IMG/VR virus record: IMGVR_UViG_3300044712_002679
Coordinates: 52,406-116,405 of that record
Source of the DNA: a virus
Direction: 5' to 3' (one strand)
DNA: 64,000 bases
Positions 30,127-40,044 of the stretch are shown here, one piece after another (positions within the stretch are counted from its first letter, which is position 1; each line of letters opens with the position of its first letter). The notes below the pieces were generated by a model, which was not told where the DNA came from, did no database searches, and saw nothing but the letters and a program-made list of their open reading frames with translations. The translations under genes were made by a program, and so were the position numbers.

Positions 30127-30441
30127 ATGAAATATATTAAAAAGTATGATTCTGCTAATATGAAGAATACAGAACCTTATACATATAATGATGGTGATAT
30201 TGTTTTTATAAATATAAATAACCAAAAAAAGCACGAAATTGATAATAGTGCAATAAGATTTTTAGATAATTTAAATCCAATTCAAATGATACATAATATT
30301 GGTGGGTTTTATTATATCGAAAATGATAATTGGTATAAAAACTTTTTTATTGAACCTGATTCTATAAAAAGATTAGCTACATCGAAAGAAATTTATAATT
30401 ATTTAATGATGATAAAAATGAAAAAATATAATATAATATAA
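30127..30441 (+). CDS. small-protein paralog family member (MKYIK... N-terminus, C-terminal KKYNII)
   Basis: Collinear with 42181..42516 (MKYIKKYD..YTYNDGDIVFI vs MKYLKTFEE..YKYDVGDYVLL) and shares the C-terminal element. Confidence 0.55.
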   Translation: MKYIKKYDSANMKNTEPYTYNDGDIVFININNQKKHEIDNSAIRFLDNLNPIQMIHNIGGFYYIENDNWYKNFFIEPDSIKRLATSKEIYNYLMMIKMKKYNII

Positions 30442-30472
30442 AACTTTTTTTCATAATCATATATAATACTAT

Positions 30473-32209
30473 ATGATCATAAAATCCATTACACTTAAAA
30501 ATTTCAAATCATTTGGAAATAATAAACAAACCTTAACATTTAATACGGTTACAGGTGATTTAATACTTATTTCTGGAAAAAACGGTAATGGTAAATCTTC
30601 CCTACAACAATCAATTGACTTTTCATTATATGGTATTGTTCGGGGAAAAAATGGCAAACGTGTACCACAATCAATATTACCAAATAGAATTAATAAAAAT
30701 TTAGAAACTGAAATATTATTTGATAATAATTTGTCAAATGAAATATTGATTCAAAGAAACTTAGAACCAAATTCAGCTAAAATTTTAATAGATAATATAG
30801 ATGAAACAAAGAAAATTAAAAAAGATGATCTTTTAAACATATTAGGGTTTGATTTTGATACATATAAAAGTATTATTTCTATGTCGGTATCAGATTTTGC
30901 AAATTTTATTGATCTTACACCAGAAGAAAAACGAAATATCATCAATAAACTATTTAATCTTCAAGATTTAGATAATTATTTGACTTTATGTAATGGGAAA
31001 ATTAAACAATTTACCGAAGAAAAAACAAAAAATATTGCAATTATTGAAACTAATAAGCAAACAATCCAAACATTAAATCAAAATATTATTACCATTAAAA
31101 GAAGTGGAATTGAAGATAGTGAAAAAGAAATCGAAAAACTTAAAATTGAAAAAGAATCTAAAAGAATACCTGGATCAAAATTAAAAACAGAAATTGAATC
31201 ATTAACACCCAAATTAATTGATTTAGAAAAACGACGACAAGATTTAGAAAATCAAAGGAATATAATAATTAATGAACTTTTTGAATTAAAAGTAGAATTA
31301 AAAAATCTTGATGATAAAATAATAGTATATAAATCGGGAATATGTCCAGTTTGTGATAGCGATCTTAATGATACTAATCATCAACATAATTTAAATGATA
31401 TAATATCAAAACAACACAATTTACAAACAAAATGCCAAAATTTAGAAATAAATAAAAACAACACTATATTAAAATTAACACAGATTTCAAATGAAAAAGA
31501 ATCATTATCAAGACAAAAAAACAATTTGACAATTCAATATAATAATATCGTTAATGAATTTAAAACTATCACAAAGAAAATTGATGAATTATCAATAAAT
31601 AATAAACATAATATATCTATTGAAGAACTTTCAAAAAATATAACTGAACTTAAACAAAAAAATATCGAATACACTAATAAAGTTGATGAATTAAATACCA
31701 ATATTAAGATATATGATGAATTAAAAGATATATTTTCAATTAAAGGTGTAAGAAAAAATATAATAAAAAATATTGTTAAACCAATAAATGTATATCTTCA
31801 GGATATTTTAAATGAATTAAAATCACCATACAATATTAAAATTGATGAAGAATTCAATGTAAATATATTTGAAAGATTGACATTTGAAGTTCATCCCGAA
31901 AGTTTATCTACAGGTGAAGGAAAAAAAATAAATATCGCAATAGCACTATCATATTTGAAGTTAATTTTGAAATTCCGAAAATTAAATATACTTTTTTTAG
32001 ATGAAGTATTTTCTTCAATGGATCCTGATAATGTAGAATATGCTTTAAAGGTGCTTAAAGATTTTACTAAGGAATATAATCTAAATATCATTATATTAGA
32101 CCCCAACGTATATTTAAATGATAATTCTATTGGACTAGATTATTTTGATAGAATTATTAAAATACGGAAAAAAATGACATTTTCAGTTATTGAAGAAGAA
32201 AAAAAATAG
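30473..32209 (+). CDS. Rad50/SbcC-like ABC ATPase with coiled coil and CxxC zinc hook
   Basis: N-terminal FKSF...ISGKNGNGKSSLQQSIDFSLYG (Walker A). Long coiled coil with central CPVCDS hook. Signature LSTGEGKK and Walker B ILFLDEVFSSMD/D-loop at the C-terminus. 578 aa, similar in size to T4 gp46. Confidence 0.8.
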   Translation: MIIKSITLKNFKSFGNNKQTLTFNTVTGDLILISGKNGNGKSSLQQSIDFSLYGIVRGKNGKRVPQSILPNRINKNLETEILFDNNLSNEILIQRNLEPNSAKILIDNIDETKKIKKDDLLNILGFDFDTYKSIISMSVSDFANFIDLTPEEKRNIINKLFNLQDLDNYLTLCNGKIKQFTEEKTKNIAIIETNKQTIQTLNQNIITIKRSGIEDSEKEIEKLKIEKESKRIPGSKLKTEIESLTPKLIDLEKRRQDLENQRNIIINELFELKVELKNLDDKIIVYKSGICPVCDSDLNDTNHQHNLNDIISKQHNLQTKCQNLEINKNNTILKLTQISNEKESLSRQKNNLTIQYNNIVNEFKTITKKIDELSINNKHNISIEELSKNITELKQKNIEYTNKVDELNTNIKIYDELKDIFSIKGVRKNIIKNIVKPINVYLQDILNELKSPYNIKIDEEFNVNIFERLTFEVHPESLSTGEGKKINIAIALSYLKLILKFRKLNILFLDEVFSSMDPDNVEYALKVLKDFTKEYNLNIIILDPNVYLNDNSIGLDYFDRIIKIRKKMTFSVIEEEKK

Positions 32210-32218
32210 GATAATTAA

Positions 32219-33271
32219 TTATCCTATTTTTTTTCTAATATTAAGTATAACTTCTTTAATAGTATTATTATCAATATCATCAGGTAAATCTGTTTTTGTA
32301 TAAACTTCAACTAATCTATCGGATTTTTCTTTTATTTTTTTCATAATTTCATCATATGAAATTAAACCTTTTTTAACAGATAATAACCAATCCCGATCAG
32401 GTCGAATCAAATTAACACCATCACCACACCCAATTTCAATAGCCATATCAAGCAATCTATTACAATGAAGCATATTTTTTCCATCATAATTTTGATTGTG
32501 TGATATATTATCATTGTATCTAACAGGATTTCTATGTTCTACCCATTCCCAATATTCTTTGTATTCTTTACAATAACAAACATATCCATTCTTGTTATAA
32601 GTCAAAAATCCTTCTAATTGATAATTTTTTGGGATTTCACTATGCCTTATGGAATTTGAATTATCTTTAATGATACCTTTGAAATTTTCACCATAATATA
32701 TTTTATATAATTCGACACCATTTGGCATTTGTGCTAATCCAATATTTTTCTGATCATATCCCATTTTTCTTAACCATTGATTTGCTAACATCATATATCC
32801 AGTTTCTTTATCAAAAATATGACAAAAATCTAATGGTGTTTTTTTCTCTTTTTCAATTGGATTAACAATTTTCTTATTTAACCCTCTTGCTTTTTTTATT
32901 TGTGATATAGCATACCCACCAAAAGTGTGTTGTAATTTTTTTGTTAAAAAACTTTCCTTGTTAACTAAAACATTACTTTTAAATAATGGATGACAATATT
33001 GAATCATATTATCGTTTGAAAATAACAATTCAATAATATTTGGATTATTTTCTTTTATTAATTCCATAAACCTATTCAATTCATAATATGTGATATTATT
33101 ACTATCATCACTTATTTGTGGAATATATTCATTGGTTAATAAATAATCGTTAGGCAATAAAAACACACCTTTTATATCAATATCAGATTCAGGTGTATTT
33201 AATCCATATGCTTGACTACCAACAATCGCTTTGAAAAGCAAATATTTATCAATATTTTCTAAGGTTATCAT
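32219..33271 (-). CDS. Pol-beta-superfamily nucleotidyltransferase (PF10127-like minimal NTase N-domain)
   Basis: GSQAYGLNTPESDIDI (hG[GS]x9-13Dh[DE]h) at residues 18-33, followed by a ~300-aa helical extension. Confidence 0.65.
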   Translation of the reverse strand: MITLENIDKYLLFKAIVGSQAYGLNTPESDIDIKGVFLLPNDYLLTNEYIPQISDDSNNITYYELNRFMELIKENNPNIIELLFSNDNMIQYCHPLFKSNVLVNKESFLTKKLQHTFGGYAISQIKKARGLNKKIVNPIEKEKKTPLDFCHIFDKETGYMMLANQWLRKMGYDQKNIGLAQMPNGVELYKIYYGENFKGIIKDNSNSIRHSEIPKNYQLEGFLTYNKNGYVCYCKEYKEYWEWVEHRNPVRYNDNISHNQNYDGKNMLHCNRLLDMAIEIGCGDGVNLIRPDRDWLLSVKKGLISYDEIMKKIKEKSDRLVEVYTKTDLPDDIDNNTIKEVILNIRKKIG

Positions 33272-33277
33272 GTCATT

Positions 33278-34015
33278 TTACATTAAGTTAGTATAAAAAT
33301 GTGGAATAAACATACCTTGATAACATCCGACAACAGGAATTAAATTATCACCCCTCACATCAACACCATCAATAGTTGTTATATTTTTGTACCATGACTT
33401 TTCATATTCTTTTTTAATTTTATCAAGTTCAATTAATAAATGAAATCCACCATGTGTTTTTAAATATGTTAAAGAATCATAGTTTATTGATTCTTCAATT
33501 GTTGGTTTGATATCGTTTATTTCAACATTATCGAAATCTATATCAAAATATTTTTTTGTTCCACTTGCTTTTTGAATTTCAGTTAAAACAATTTGATGTG
33601 GATTGTATCCAGTATAACTATTTGTTACCAGTCTAACTAATTCAATAGCACTTTCCCTTGCAGCAACTTCGTAATTGCGAGGATTTAGTGATATATATAA
33701 CGCCAATGCTTCTTGTGGGATGGATAAATGTTTTTGTTTATATGATCCAAATTCACATTCCAATTGTTTGATTTTATCAAATAAATATTCTTTAGTTGTT
33801 GTAAATCTGCGCAATTGTTGTTTATCTGATTTTAACATAGAATCTTTAGCATATTTGTTCCTTGCAAATAAGCTAACATAATAACATTCATTGTTTTTTA
33901 ATTCTGGAAGCCAATTGATAAATTCAATTAATTTGGCTTCATCAGCAATAATTTTATAATTCATCTTTATATAATTTTGTTGTGCAAAGATATAATATTT
34001 TTTGACAAACACCAA
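33278..34015 (-). CDS. possible archaeo-eukaryotic primase (AEP/PrimPol)-like protein
   Basis: KYFDIDFD (hhhDhD motif I), THGGFHLLIEL (sGxGxH motif II) and a downstream DGVDVRGDNLIPVVG (motif III-like) at appropriate spacing. Confidence 0.4.
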   Translation of the reverse strand: MVFVKKYYIFAQQNYIKMNYKIIADEAKLIEFINWLPELKNNECYYVSLFARNKYAKDSMLKSDKQQLRRFTTTKEYLFDKIKQLECEFGSYKQKHLSIPQEALALYISLNPRNYEVAARESAIELVRLVTNSYTGYNPHQIVLTEIQKASGTKKYFDIDFDNVEINDIKPTIEESINYDSLTYLKTHGGFHLLIELDKIKKEYEKSWYKNITTIDGVDVRGDNLIPVVGCYQGMFIPHFYTNLM

Positions 34016-34061
34016 TTAAATATCGCATTTTTTATTTTATATATACAATAAAAACCAAAAT

Positions 34062-34813
34062 ATGAACAATAAAAAATTATTTACAACAGAAGATGAAATT
34101 AATCTCATAAAAAAATATTATTATATTGATAATTTAAGTTCCATTGATATTTCAAAAATATTAAAATGTAGTCATAATACAATAGTTAGGGTATTAATTC
34201 GAAATGGATGTATATTAAGACCAAAATCTAAACACACAAATTTAAAATATTCTATAAATGAAAATTATTTTAAGATTATTGATACACAAAAAAAAGCATA
34301 TTTTCTAGGCTTGTTATATTCTGATGGAACATTATGTTTAAAAGATAAATTGGTTGCCATATCATTATCAGAAAAAGATGGATATATAATAGATGAATTT
34401 ATTAAAGATATTAAATTTACTGGTATTTTAAGAATAGTAAAATCGAAAAATATTAAACATTCAATAAATCATTAATTTTAAAATTTCCAACGATGGATAT
34501 TTTACCAAAGCATTTGATATCACATTTTATTAGGGGATATTTTGATGGTGATGGTTGTGCTTTTAATGATTTAAAAAGAAATAAAAAAAGAATATGTTTT
34601 GTTGGTACATATGAATTTTTATCAATTGTTAAATATATTTTAATTGAAAATTTAAAAATTAATGATACTAAAATTTCACCAAAAAGTAAAAATAATACAT
34701 TTGATTATCGTATAAATAAACAATCCGATGTTAAAAAAGTTACTGATTTTTTATATAATGAATCAATAATTCATTTAAATCGAAAATATGATAAATTAAA
34801 AATAATTTTATAG
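34062..34813 (+). pseudogene. LAGLIDADG homing endonuclease, split by a frameshift into two ORFs
   Basis: ORF 34062..34475 carries an N-terminal HTH and the first LAGLIDADG motif YFLGLLYSDGTL. ORF 34493..34813 carries the second motif IRGYFDGDGCAF in a different frame. Confidence 0.7.
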
Positions 34814-35056
34814 TTTTGGTAAATTAAAAGCCCGATTTTGATTTAATTGTGTTTCAATATCCATTTCCAAGTCATATACTTCCATGACCCTTTGCATATC
34901 ACCAGGATTGTTATATTTTTCTAAACATTCATCACTATCCATACAATAGACTGGATAATCATCATAGTCATATGTATCACAAACCACAATAAGGTATTTT
35001 GCATCCTTATTCTTAGCTTCATTAAGCCACTGTCTAATGTCATTCTGTGTAGTCAT
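34808..35056 (-). CDS. hypothetical acidic small protein
   Basis: 82-aa ORF. Confidence 0.4.
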   Translation of the reverse strand: MTTQNDIRQWLNEAKNKDAKYLIVVCDTYDYDDYPVYCMDSDECLEKYNNPGDMQRVMEVYDLEMDIETQLNQNRAFNLPKL

Positions 35057-35117
35057 AATTTATTTAATTTTAATTGATACAAAGATAATAAAATATTTTT
35101 AATTACAAAAATTAAAT

Positions 35118-35546
35118 TCAAATAACATTATATTTTTTTGCAGCAAAATAGGTTTGAATATTTTCTAATCCAACTTTTAAAAATTCTTTTGGTCTAATAT
35201 CATATGGTCTATCATTATTTTTTACACTATCAAAAAATATAAAACTCACATCAATATATAAAAAATAATAATAATGCATATCAATTTTCCAAGCATCACA
35301 AAAATTATATTTATTTCTTATAAAATAGTCATCATCATCACCAATAAAACTATATTTTTTTAATTCTGTAATAACATTATCTTTAATATCATTTGTTATT
35401 ATTTCATTTCCTGTGTTATGCATACCAATAGTAAAGGTAAATGATGTTCCTTGTTTCAACACATTAGATGAACGATATTCATTGTCTTCGTTAATAAATT
35501 GTTTATAGTTTTTCATAAGAATATATATAAATAATTTTATCAACAA
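35118..35546 (-). CDS. small-protein paralog family member (C-terminal KKYNVI)
   Basis: KKYSFIGDDDDYFIRNKY core; the tail ...TYFAAKKYNVI is encoded by gcaaaaaaatataatgttatttga. Confidence 0.5.
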   Translation of the reverse strand: MLIKLFIYILMKNYKQFINEDNEYRSSNVLKQGTSFTFTIGMHNTGNEIITNDIKDNVITELKKYSFIGDDDDYFIRNKYNFCDAWKIDMHYYYFLYIDVSFIFFDSVKNNDRPYDIRPKEFLKVGLENIQTYFAAKKYNVI

Positions 35547-36350
35547 TTGGGTTATTATTTAATATTTTTTTGTATATTTGCACTATCATTTAAAACAATA
35601 ACAATGAACACGATAGGATTTGCTAATCAATTTTATACACTGTGGAATGTTGACACAGAACCAGTATATACTTGTGATTCATACGGAAAATATTGGTTAA
35701 CTGGTTATAATACACAATATTTCTATATTAAAAACATTTCTACTGACATCGAAAAGGTAAAAATCTTATATCCAACACTAACAATTGATGAAGATTTAAG
35801 GGGATATACAAATTCTTGGGAAAGAAAAAATCAAGAAGATTTATGCCCACAAATTATGAAATTTGGTAAATATCGTGGTGAAAATATTGATGAATTGATT
35901 GCGAACGATTTCGATTACATTTTGTGGTTAATAAACAATAATTGTAATTCTAATAGTAAATATGCAGAATCATCTCCAATAGTAATTGATTATTTTAATC
36001 ATATTGAATTAAAAAAAGCTGAAGAAAAAAAGAAAAAAGAAAAAAAATTCAATAAATTTTTAAATAAAGGTGAATACACATTTATTTCCGATAAAAATTT
36101 AAGACTGTATGATGATAAAGCATATTTGTCAACCGATTTGGATGAAGAAATATTTGTTTCATTTATATTTTCTGATTTTTCACCACAATCATATCACGGT
36201 TATGATTTTGCATATCCATTAGTTAATGGAAAAGCAAAAAGAATTAAAAATAAATATATTACAATAAAATTTAAATTAAGTAACATTGATACTAATGATA
36301 TTGATTGTGCTAGATTTCTTGATGTTACTGAAATAATAATCAATAAATAA
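35547..36350 (+). CDS. hypothetical protein
   Basis: 267-aa ORF. Confidence 0.45.
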   Translation: MGYYLIFFCIFALSFKTITMNTIGFANQFYTLWNVDTEPVYTCDSYGKYWLTGYNTQYFYIKNISTDIEKVKILYPTLTIDEDLRGYTNSWERKNQEDLCPQIMKFGKYRGENIDELIANDFDYILWLINNNCNSNSKYAESSPIVIDYFNHIELKKAEEKKKKEKKFNKFLNKGEYTFISDKNLRLYDDKAYLSTDLDEEIFVSFIFSDFSPQSYHGYDFAYPLVNGKAKRIKNKYITIKFKLSNIDTNDIDCARFLDVTEIIINK

Positions 36351-36359
36351 TCTGAACTA

Positions 36360-36656
36360 ATGGAAAGAATCATCTATAAATATACACCTTACAACAACAG
36401 AACTCTTATTTATGAAGGAACTTTCATTGTAGGTGATGATGTTGAAATAAATGTTGGAGATGAAATATTGGTATTTCATAAGTGTAATACTTGTGGTATA
36501 AATATATTACAGGTTGTAGAAAAGAAAATAATAGCTTATTATTTTAATGATGTACCTGTATATGATTACCATGTTATTAACGGAGGAAGTTATAAATGTA
36601 ATATAAAACATATAAGTATTTATGATCAATTATTAGGAGAATGTTTAATGAAATAA
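36360..36656 (+). CDS. hypothetical protein
   Basis: 98-aa ORF. Confidence 0.4.
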   Translation: MERIIYKYTPYNNRTLIYEGTFIVGDDVEINVGDEILVFHKCNTCGINILQVVEKKIIAYYFNDVPVYDYHVINGGSYKCNIKHISIYDQLLGECLMK

Positions 36657-36663
36657 AATATCA

Positions 36664-36936
36664 TTAATCTTGTTTTTTTACCCATTTTAAAAAATTTCTA
36701 ACTTTTTCACTTGAAAGTAACAATTCTTTAGTATAATAATATTTTCCCAATTCCTTTTCTGTATAAAAGACATGGATATTTTTATGACAATCATGACATA
36801 AATCTAAACCGTGGGTTGCCATATATTTATGGTCATATAATTTTTTAAAAACCTTATTGTTATGTAATGTTTTCGGTATAAGGTGATGAAATGATAATAT
36901 TTTCATTCTTCCACATAATTCGCATTTTTCTTCCAT
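36664..36936 (-). CDS. HNH endonuclease
   Basis: CELCGR...HHLIPK...HGLDLCHDCHKNIH, an HNH-Cys4 pattern. 90 aa, immediately downstream of the terminase-like ATPase. Confidence 0.8.
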   Translation of the reverse strand: MEEKCELCGRMKILSFHHLIPKTLHNNKVFKKLYDHKYMATHGLDLCHDCHKNIHVFYTEKELGKYYYTKELLLSSEKVRNFLKWVKKQD

Positions 36937-36961
36937 TCGTTTGAAATTTTATTTAACTTTT

Positions 36962-37606
36962 CTAATTTTCTTTTTCTTTCATACCGAATACTATCCGTAT
37001 CCAACAATCCACTTGATTTATAAGAAAACAAATTAATATCCAAAGATACATTATATTCTGATATAAATTCTGGCCATTGTTTAGATAATTCATCATTTTT
37101 TTTTTTATATTTATATAATAATCATTTTTACAATCAATTTTTTTAATTATATCAAATTCCACTTTTGTTCCTGTAAATATACATTTACAATTATGATAAT
37201 ATATATAATTCATCAATATTTCAAACTTACTTGATATTTTTTCATAGAATAGTTCATCATATATAATTAATTCGGGTTTTAAATACATTAAATCATTGCA
37301 ATATGAATCACCAATTGAATGAAATTTCAATGCATTATTATTTATAAATTTTATCGTATTTTTTGTGATACCAATTATTATATTGGATTGCGAAAAAAAT
37401 TTTAACATTTCTGTTTGATTATGTTCACAATTCTTTTGATAATTTCCGAAAAATATAATGTCATGGTCGTTATTATATTTTACGTAATTTTCTATGTAAG
37501 CATACAAAACACCACTTTTTCCTGTGTGTCTTGCCCATAATAAAAATGATTTATCGTGATAAATTAATTTTCTAAGTGTATCATTTTGATAATTTTTCAG
37601 TTTCAT
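36962..37606 (-). CDS. terminase large subunit-like ATPase domain only (no nuclease domain)
   Basis: Deviant Arg-containing Walker A WARHTGKS, as in T4 gp17 SRQLGKT. Walker B LIIYDE, as in gp17 MIYIDE. C-motif IFTGT, as in gp17 IITTT. The HSIGDSYCNDL block is collinear with TerL coupling-motif region. Ends with TAG; an A11 homopolymer lies in the C-terminal codons (37096-37106). Confidence 0.5.
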   Translation of the reverse strand: MKLKNYQNDTLRKLIYHDKSFLLWARHTGKSGVLYAYIENYVKYNNDHDIIFFGNYQKNCEHNQTEMLKFFSQSNIIIGITKNTIKFINNNALKFHSIGDSYCNDLMYLKPELIIYDELFYEKISSKFEILMNYIYYHNCKCIFTGTKVEFDIIKKIDCKNDYYINIKKKMMNYLNNGQNLYQNIMYLWILICFLINQVDCWIRIVFGMKEKEN

Positions 37607-37639
37607 TCTAATTTTAGAAATAAAACTGAAAAAGGTTTA

Positions 37640-38092
37640 TTAAAATTTTGTTATTTTAGCACATTCCGGACCCAATCCCGTAATTAAACTTTCTGGCACT
37701 GTTATCGTCCGACCGCACCGACCGCAAATACCACGATGATAAACAGCTAAATCTGGATGTAATCTATTATTCATTAAATTTGCGAAAAAATAATTAAATG
37801 CAATATATGATGGTGCTGTATCACCAATTTTTGAATTTTTTGTTAATTTAAAACTATTGTGATTAAATATAGCACCAATGTATGTATAAGCTGATTCATT
37901 ATCCATTCCTGTAAGAACTGAAACAAAATATGGGGAAAGTTCATCATCTTTATCTTTTGCTTTAATTCTATATGTAAACCAACGACTTGTTTGTTTGCTT
38001 TCCAATGTAATGATTGCATTACCACCAATTAAAAATTTCTTAATATCTTCAATATTTGATAATCTATAAATACTTTCTCTATTCAGTTCCAT
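37640..38092 (-). CDS. hypothetical protein with CGRCGR...GPEC zinc-binding-like tail
   Basis: 150-aa ORF directly upstream of the TerL-like gene; a TerS-like role is possible but unsupported. Confidence 0.4.
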   Translation of the reverse strand: MELNRESIYRLSNIEDIKKFLIGGNAIITLESKQTSRWFTYRIKAKDKDDELSPYFVSVLTGMDNESAYTYIGAIFNHNSFKLTKNSKIGDTAPSYIAFNYFFANLMNNRLHPDLAVYHRGICGRCGRTITVPESLITGLGPECAKITKF

Positions 38093-38173
38093 AAATAATA
38101 AATTATTGATTTACAGAACAAAGATACAAAAAAATATTAAATAAAAAAATATTCTTGAAGATATTTCAAGAAT

Positions 38174-39295
38174 TTATAAAAATTTTTTTAGATTTTCTAT
38201 CATTCTGATAATTTCATTTTTATCACTTTCAGGTATAATATAATCATTATCTTTAAATGACATTGCAATAAATCCGATTGGTGTATTTGAATTTTTATAA
38301 ATATTTCGATAATAAAATTTGGATAATTCCCGTTGATTCATAACATAACTGACACTATTGTCTTTTACATCAGCCAAATTTAAAAAATATAAGTCATTAT
38401 CATTAAAATTTAAATAATTTACATTTAATATATTATTACCCATTTCATATAATAAACTATCATAAACCATTGAACCATCATGATTAATTGATAATATAAA
38501 ATTTAATGTGATATACCTATTCGAATAATCATATTTAAAAAAGCTAATATAATCACAATTAGCAACTTTTGATATAACTTGGCAACGAGAATATAATTGT
38601 ATAATATTTTTAATTTCTGTTATTTCCTTTTGACGATTCACTTCATTTAAAAATTCTACATTTCTTGTTAAAAAATCTATTAACTGATTTGATATTTTTT
38701 CGTATTTTACTTGTCTTCGATAAACATAATAGATTAAACATAATATTATTATTAAAAAAAATAATGTTATCATATTGTGATTTATTTTGAACGTAAATAA
38801 TATTTCATTTGCCATAGATTGATAATATCCATTTGTTTCCGAAATATGCTTAAATCTATCTTGTGCTTTTTCTTTATCAAATTTAAGATAACATAAAGCT
38901 GTGTACCATTTAGCTTGTTCAACAAAAATATTATCATTATTATTACACACAATATCATATTCTTTAATAGCATTTTTATAATCTCCAATTTCTTGATATA
39001 ATACACCCAAATAAAAATGTGCTAACATATTATTATCATTATCAGAAATTATTTTTTGTAAAACTATTATAGCATTATCATATTTTTTATTATTCATATA
39101 TTCAAATGCAATTTGTATTGAATCATTTTTTTTATTAGATGAACGTTGATCAACAGTTATACTATATGGTGAATAATATTTATCATATAATTTTTCAACA
39201 GGTTTAGTTATTAATAAAAAACCAACAATAAAAAATACTAATGTAATTGTTAACATTATATTATAAAAATATTTATGTTTTTTTAATTTTATCAT
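38174..39295 (-). CDS. TPR-repeat membrane protein
   Basis: N-terminal TM helix, TPR-like repeats (AIIVLQKII..., AHFYLGVLYQEIGDYKNAIKEY), and a second TM helix (ITLFFLIIILCLIYYVY). Confidence 0.5.
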   Translation of the reverse strand: MIKLKKHKYFYNIMLTITLVFFIVGFLLITKPVEKLYDKYYSPYSITVDQRSSNKKNDSIQIAFEYMNNKKYDNAIIVLQKIISDNDNNMLAHFYLGVLYQEIGDYKNAIKEYDIVCNNNDNIFVEQAKWYTALCYLKFDKEKAQDRFKHISETNGYYQSMANEILFTFKINHNMITLFFLIIILCLIYYVYRRQVKYEKISNQLIDFLTRNVEFLNEVNRQKEITEIKNIIQLYSRCQVISKVANCDYISFFKYDYSNRYITLNFILSINHDGSMVYDSLLYEMGNNILNVNYLNFNDNDLYFLNLADVKDNSVSYVMNQRELSKFYYRNIYKNSNTPIGFIAMSFKDNDYIIPESDKNEIIRMIENLKKFL

Positions 39296-40011
39296 TTCAA
39301 ATTAATTAAAACTGATATTTTTATTGCTATTTCATAAAATTCATCCAATTGTTGTTGTGTTAATGGGTGTGTATGTTTATAATATTCTATTGTGATAAAA
39401 CCAACTGGTGTATTATCATAATCTTGTAAAATAGTTGCATAATATGTATGTATTGATTGACTTTCTAAATATCCTCTTAAAAAAGAATCTTCCAAATTTT
39501 CTGTTGATGGAATAATAATTTCTTCTCTAGTTGCTAATATCTTATTCCACAATGGGTTTATACTAAGCGGAAGATTTTGCATTTCTTTAATATTTGGTTT
39601 AATTTCTAATGATACAGCTTCATAAGAATTACTACATTTTTTAAATTCTACACCAGCCAAATTTTTACCACCATTATGAAATTCATATATTGAAATTCGA
39701 TCTGCACCAAAATTTTGTAATAAATGGTAAAGTTGTATTTGAATTTTGTTTGAATTTTCAGCATAATTTATAAATTTCCCAGTTAATTCAGTTTTTGCAT
39801 TATCGGGTGTCGAAAATTTGTTCATCAAATTGTCGATTCTTCCATACAATTTATCAATTTTTTCTTCTTGTTCACGAATTCTTTTAGTTGAATTTTTGAT
39901 TATCAAATAGGCTACAGATATCGCCAATAATAATATTGTAAATATTACACCATAATTTTGTAATGCCCCCAAAACATCAAATCCTAAAATATAATTTATC
40001 ATTAGTATCAT
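39292..40011 (-). CDS. hypothetical N-terminally membrane-anchored protein
   Basis: 239 aa; ATGA overlap with the downstream gene. Confidence 0.45.
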   Translation of the reverse strand: MILMINYILGFDVLGALQNYGVIFTILLLAISVAYLIIKNSTKRIREQEEKIDKLYGRIDNLMNKFSTPDNAKTELTGKFINYAENSNKIQIQLYHLLQNFGADRISIYEFHNGGKNLAGVEFKKCSNSYEAVSLEIKPNIKEMQNLPLSINPLWNKILATREEIIIPSTENLEDSFLRGYLESQSIHTYYATILQDYDNTPVGFITIEYYKHTHPLTQQQLDEFYEIAIKISVLINLK

Positions 40012-40044
40012 AATTTTTTTTCTTGTTTTATATATAAATTTTTT

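Noticed and set aside
30127-30441. Missing Mre11/SbcD partner encoded in the small ORFs flanking the Rad50-like gene
   Set aside because: Neither 29329..30093 nor 30127..30441 contains calcineurin-like phosphoesterase motifs (D-x-H, GDxxD, GNH[DE]). 30127..30441 instead belongs to the KKYNIL small-protein family.
32219-33271. cGAS/DncV-like (CD-NTase) CBASS cyclase
   Set aside because: The GS...DID motif sits at residues 18-33 with no N-terminal helical spine before it. It has no adjacent effector or Cap gene. The layout matches minimal Pol-beta nucleotidyltransferases (PF10127-like) better.
36962-37110. Programmed frameshift at the A11 tract restoring a full-length terminase
   Set aside because: Translating the +1 and +2 frames after the homopolymer gives an immediate stop or a short run through the HNH region in the wrong frame. 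No nuclease-domain-like sequence appears.
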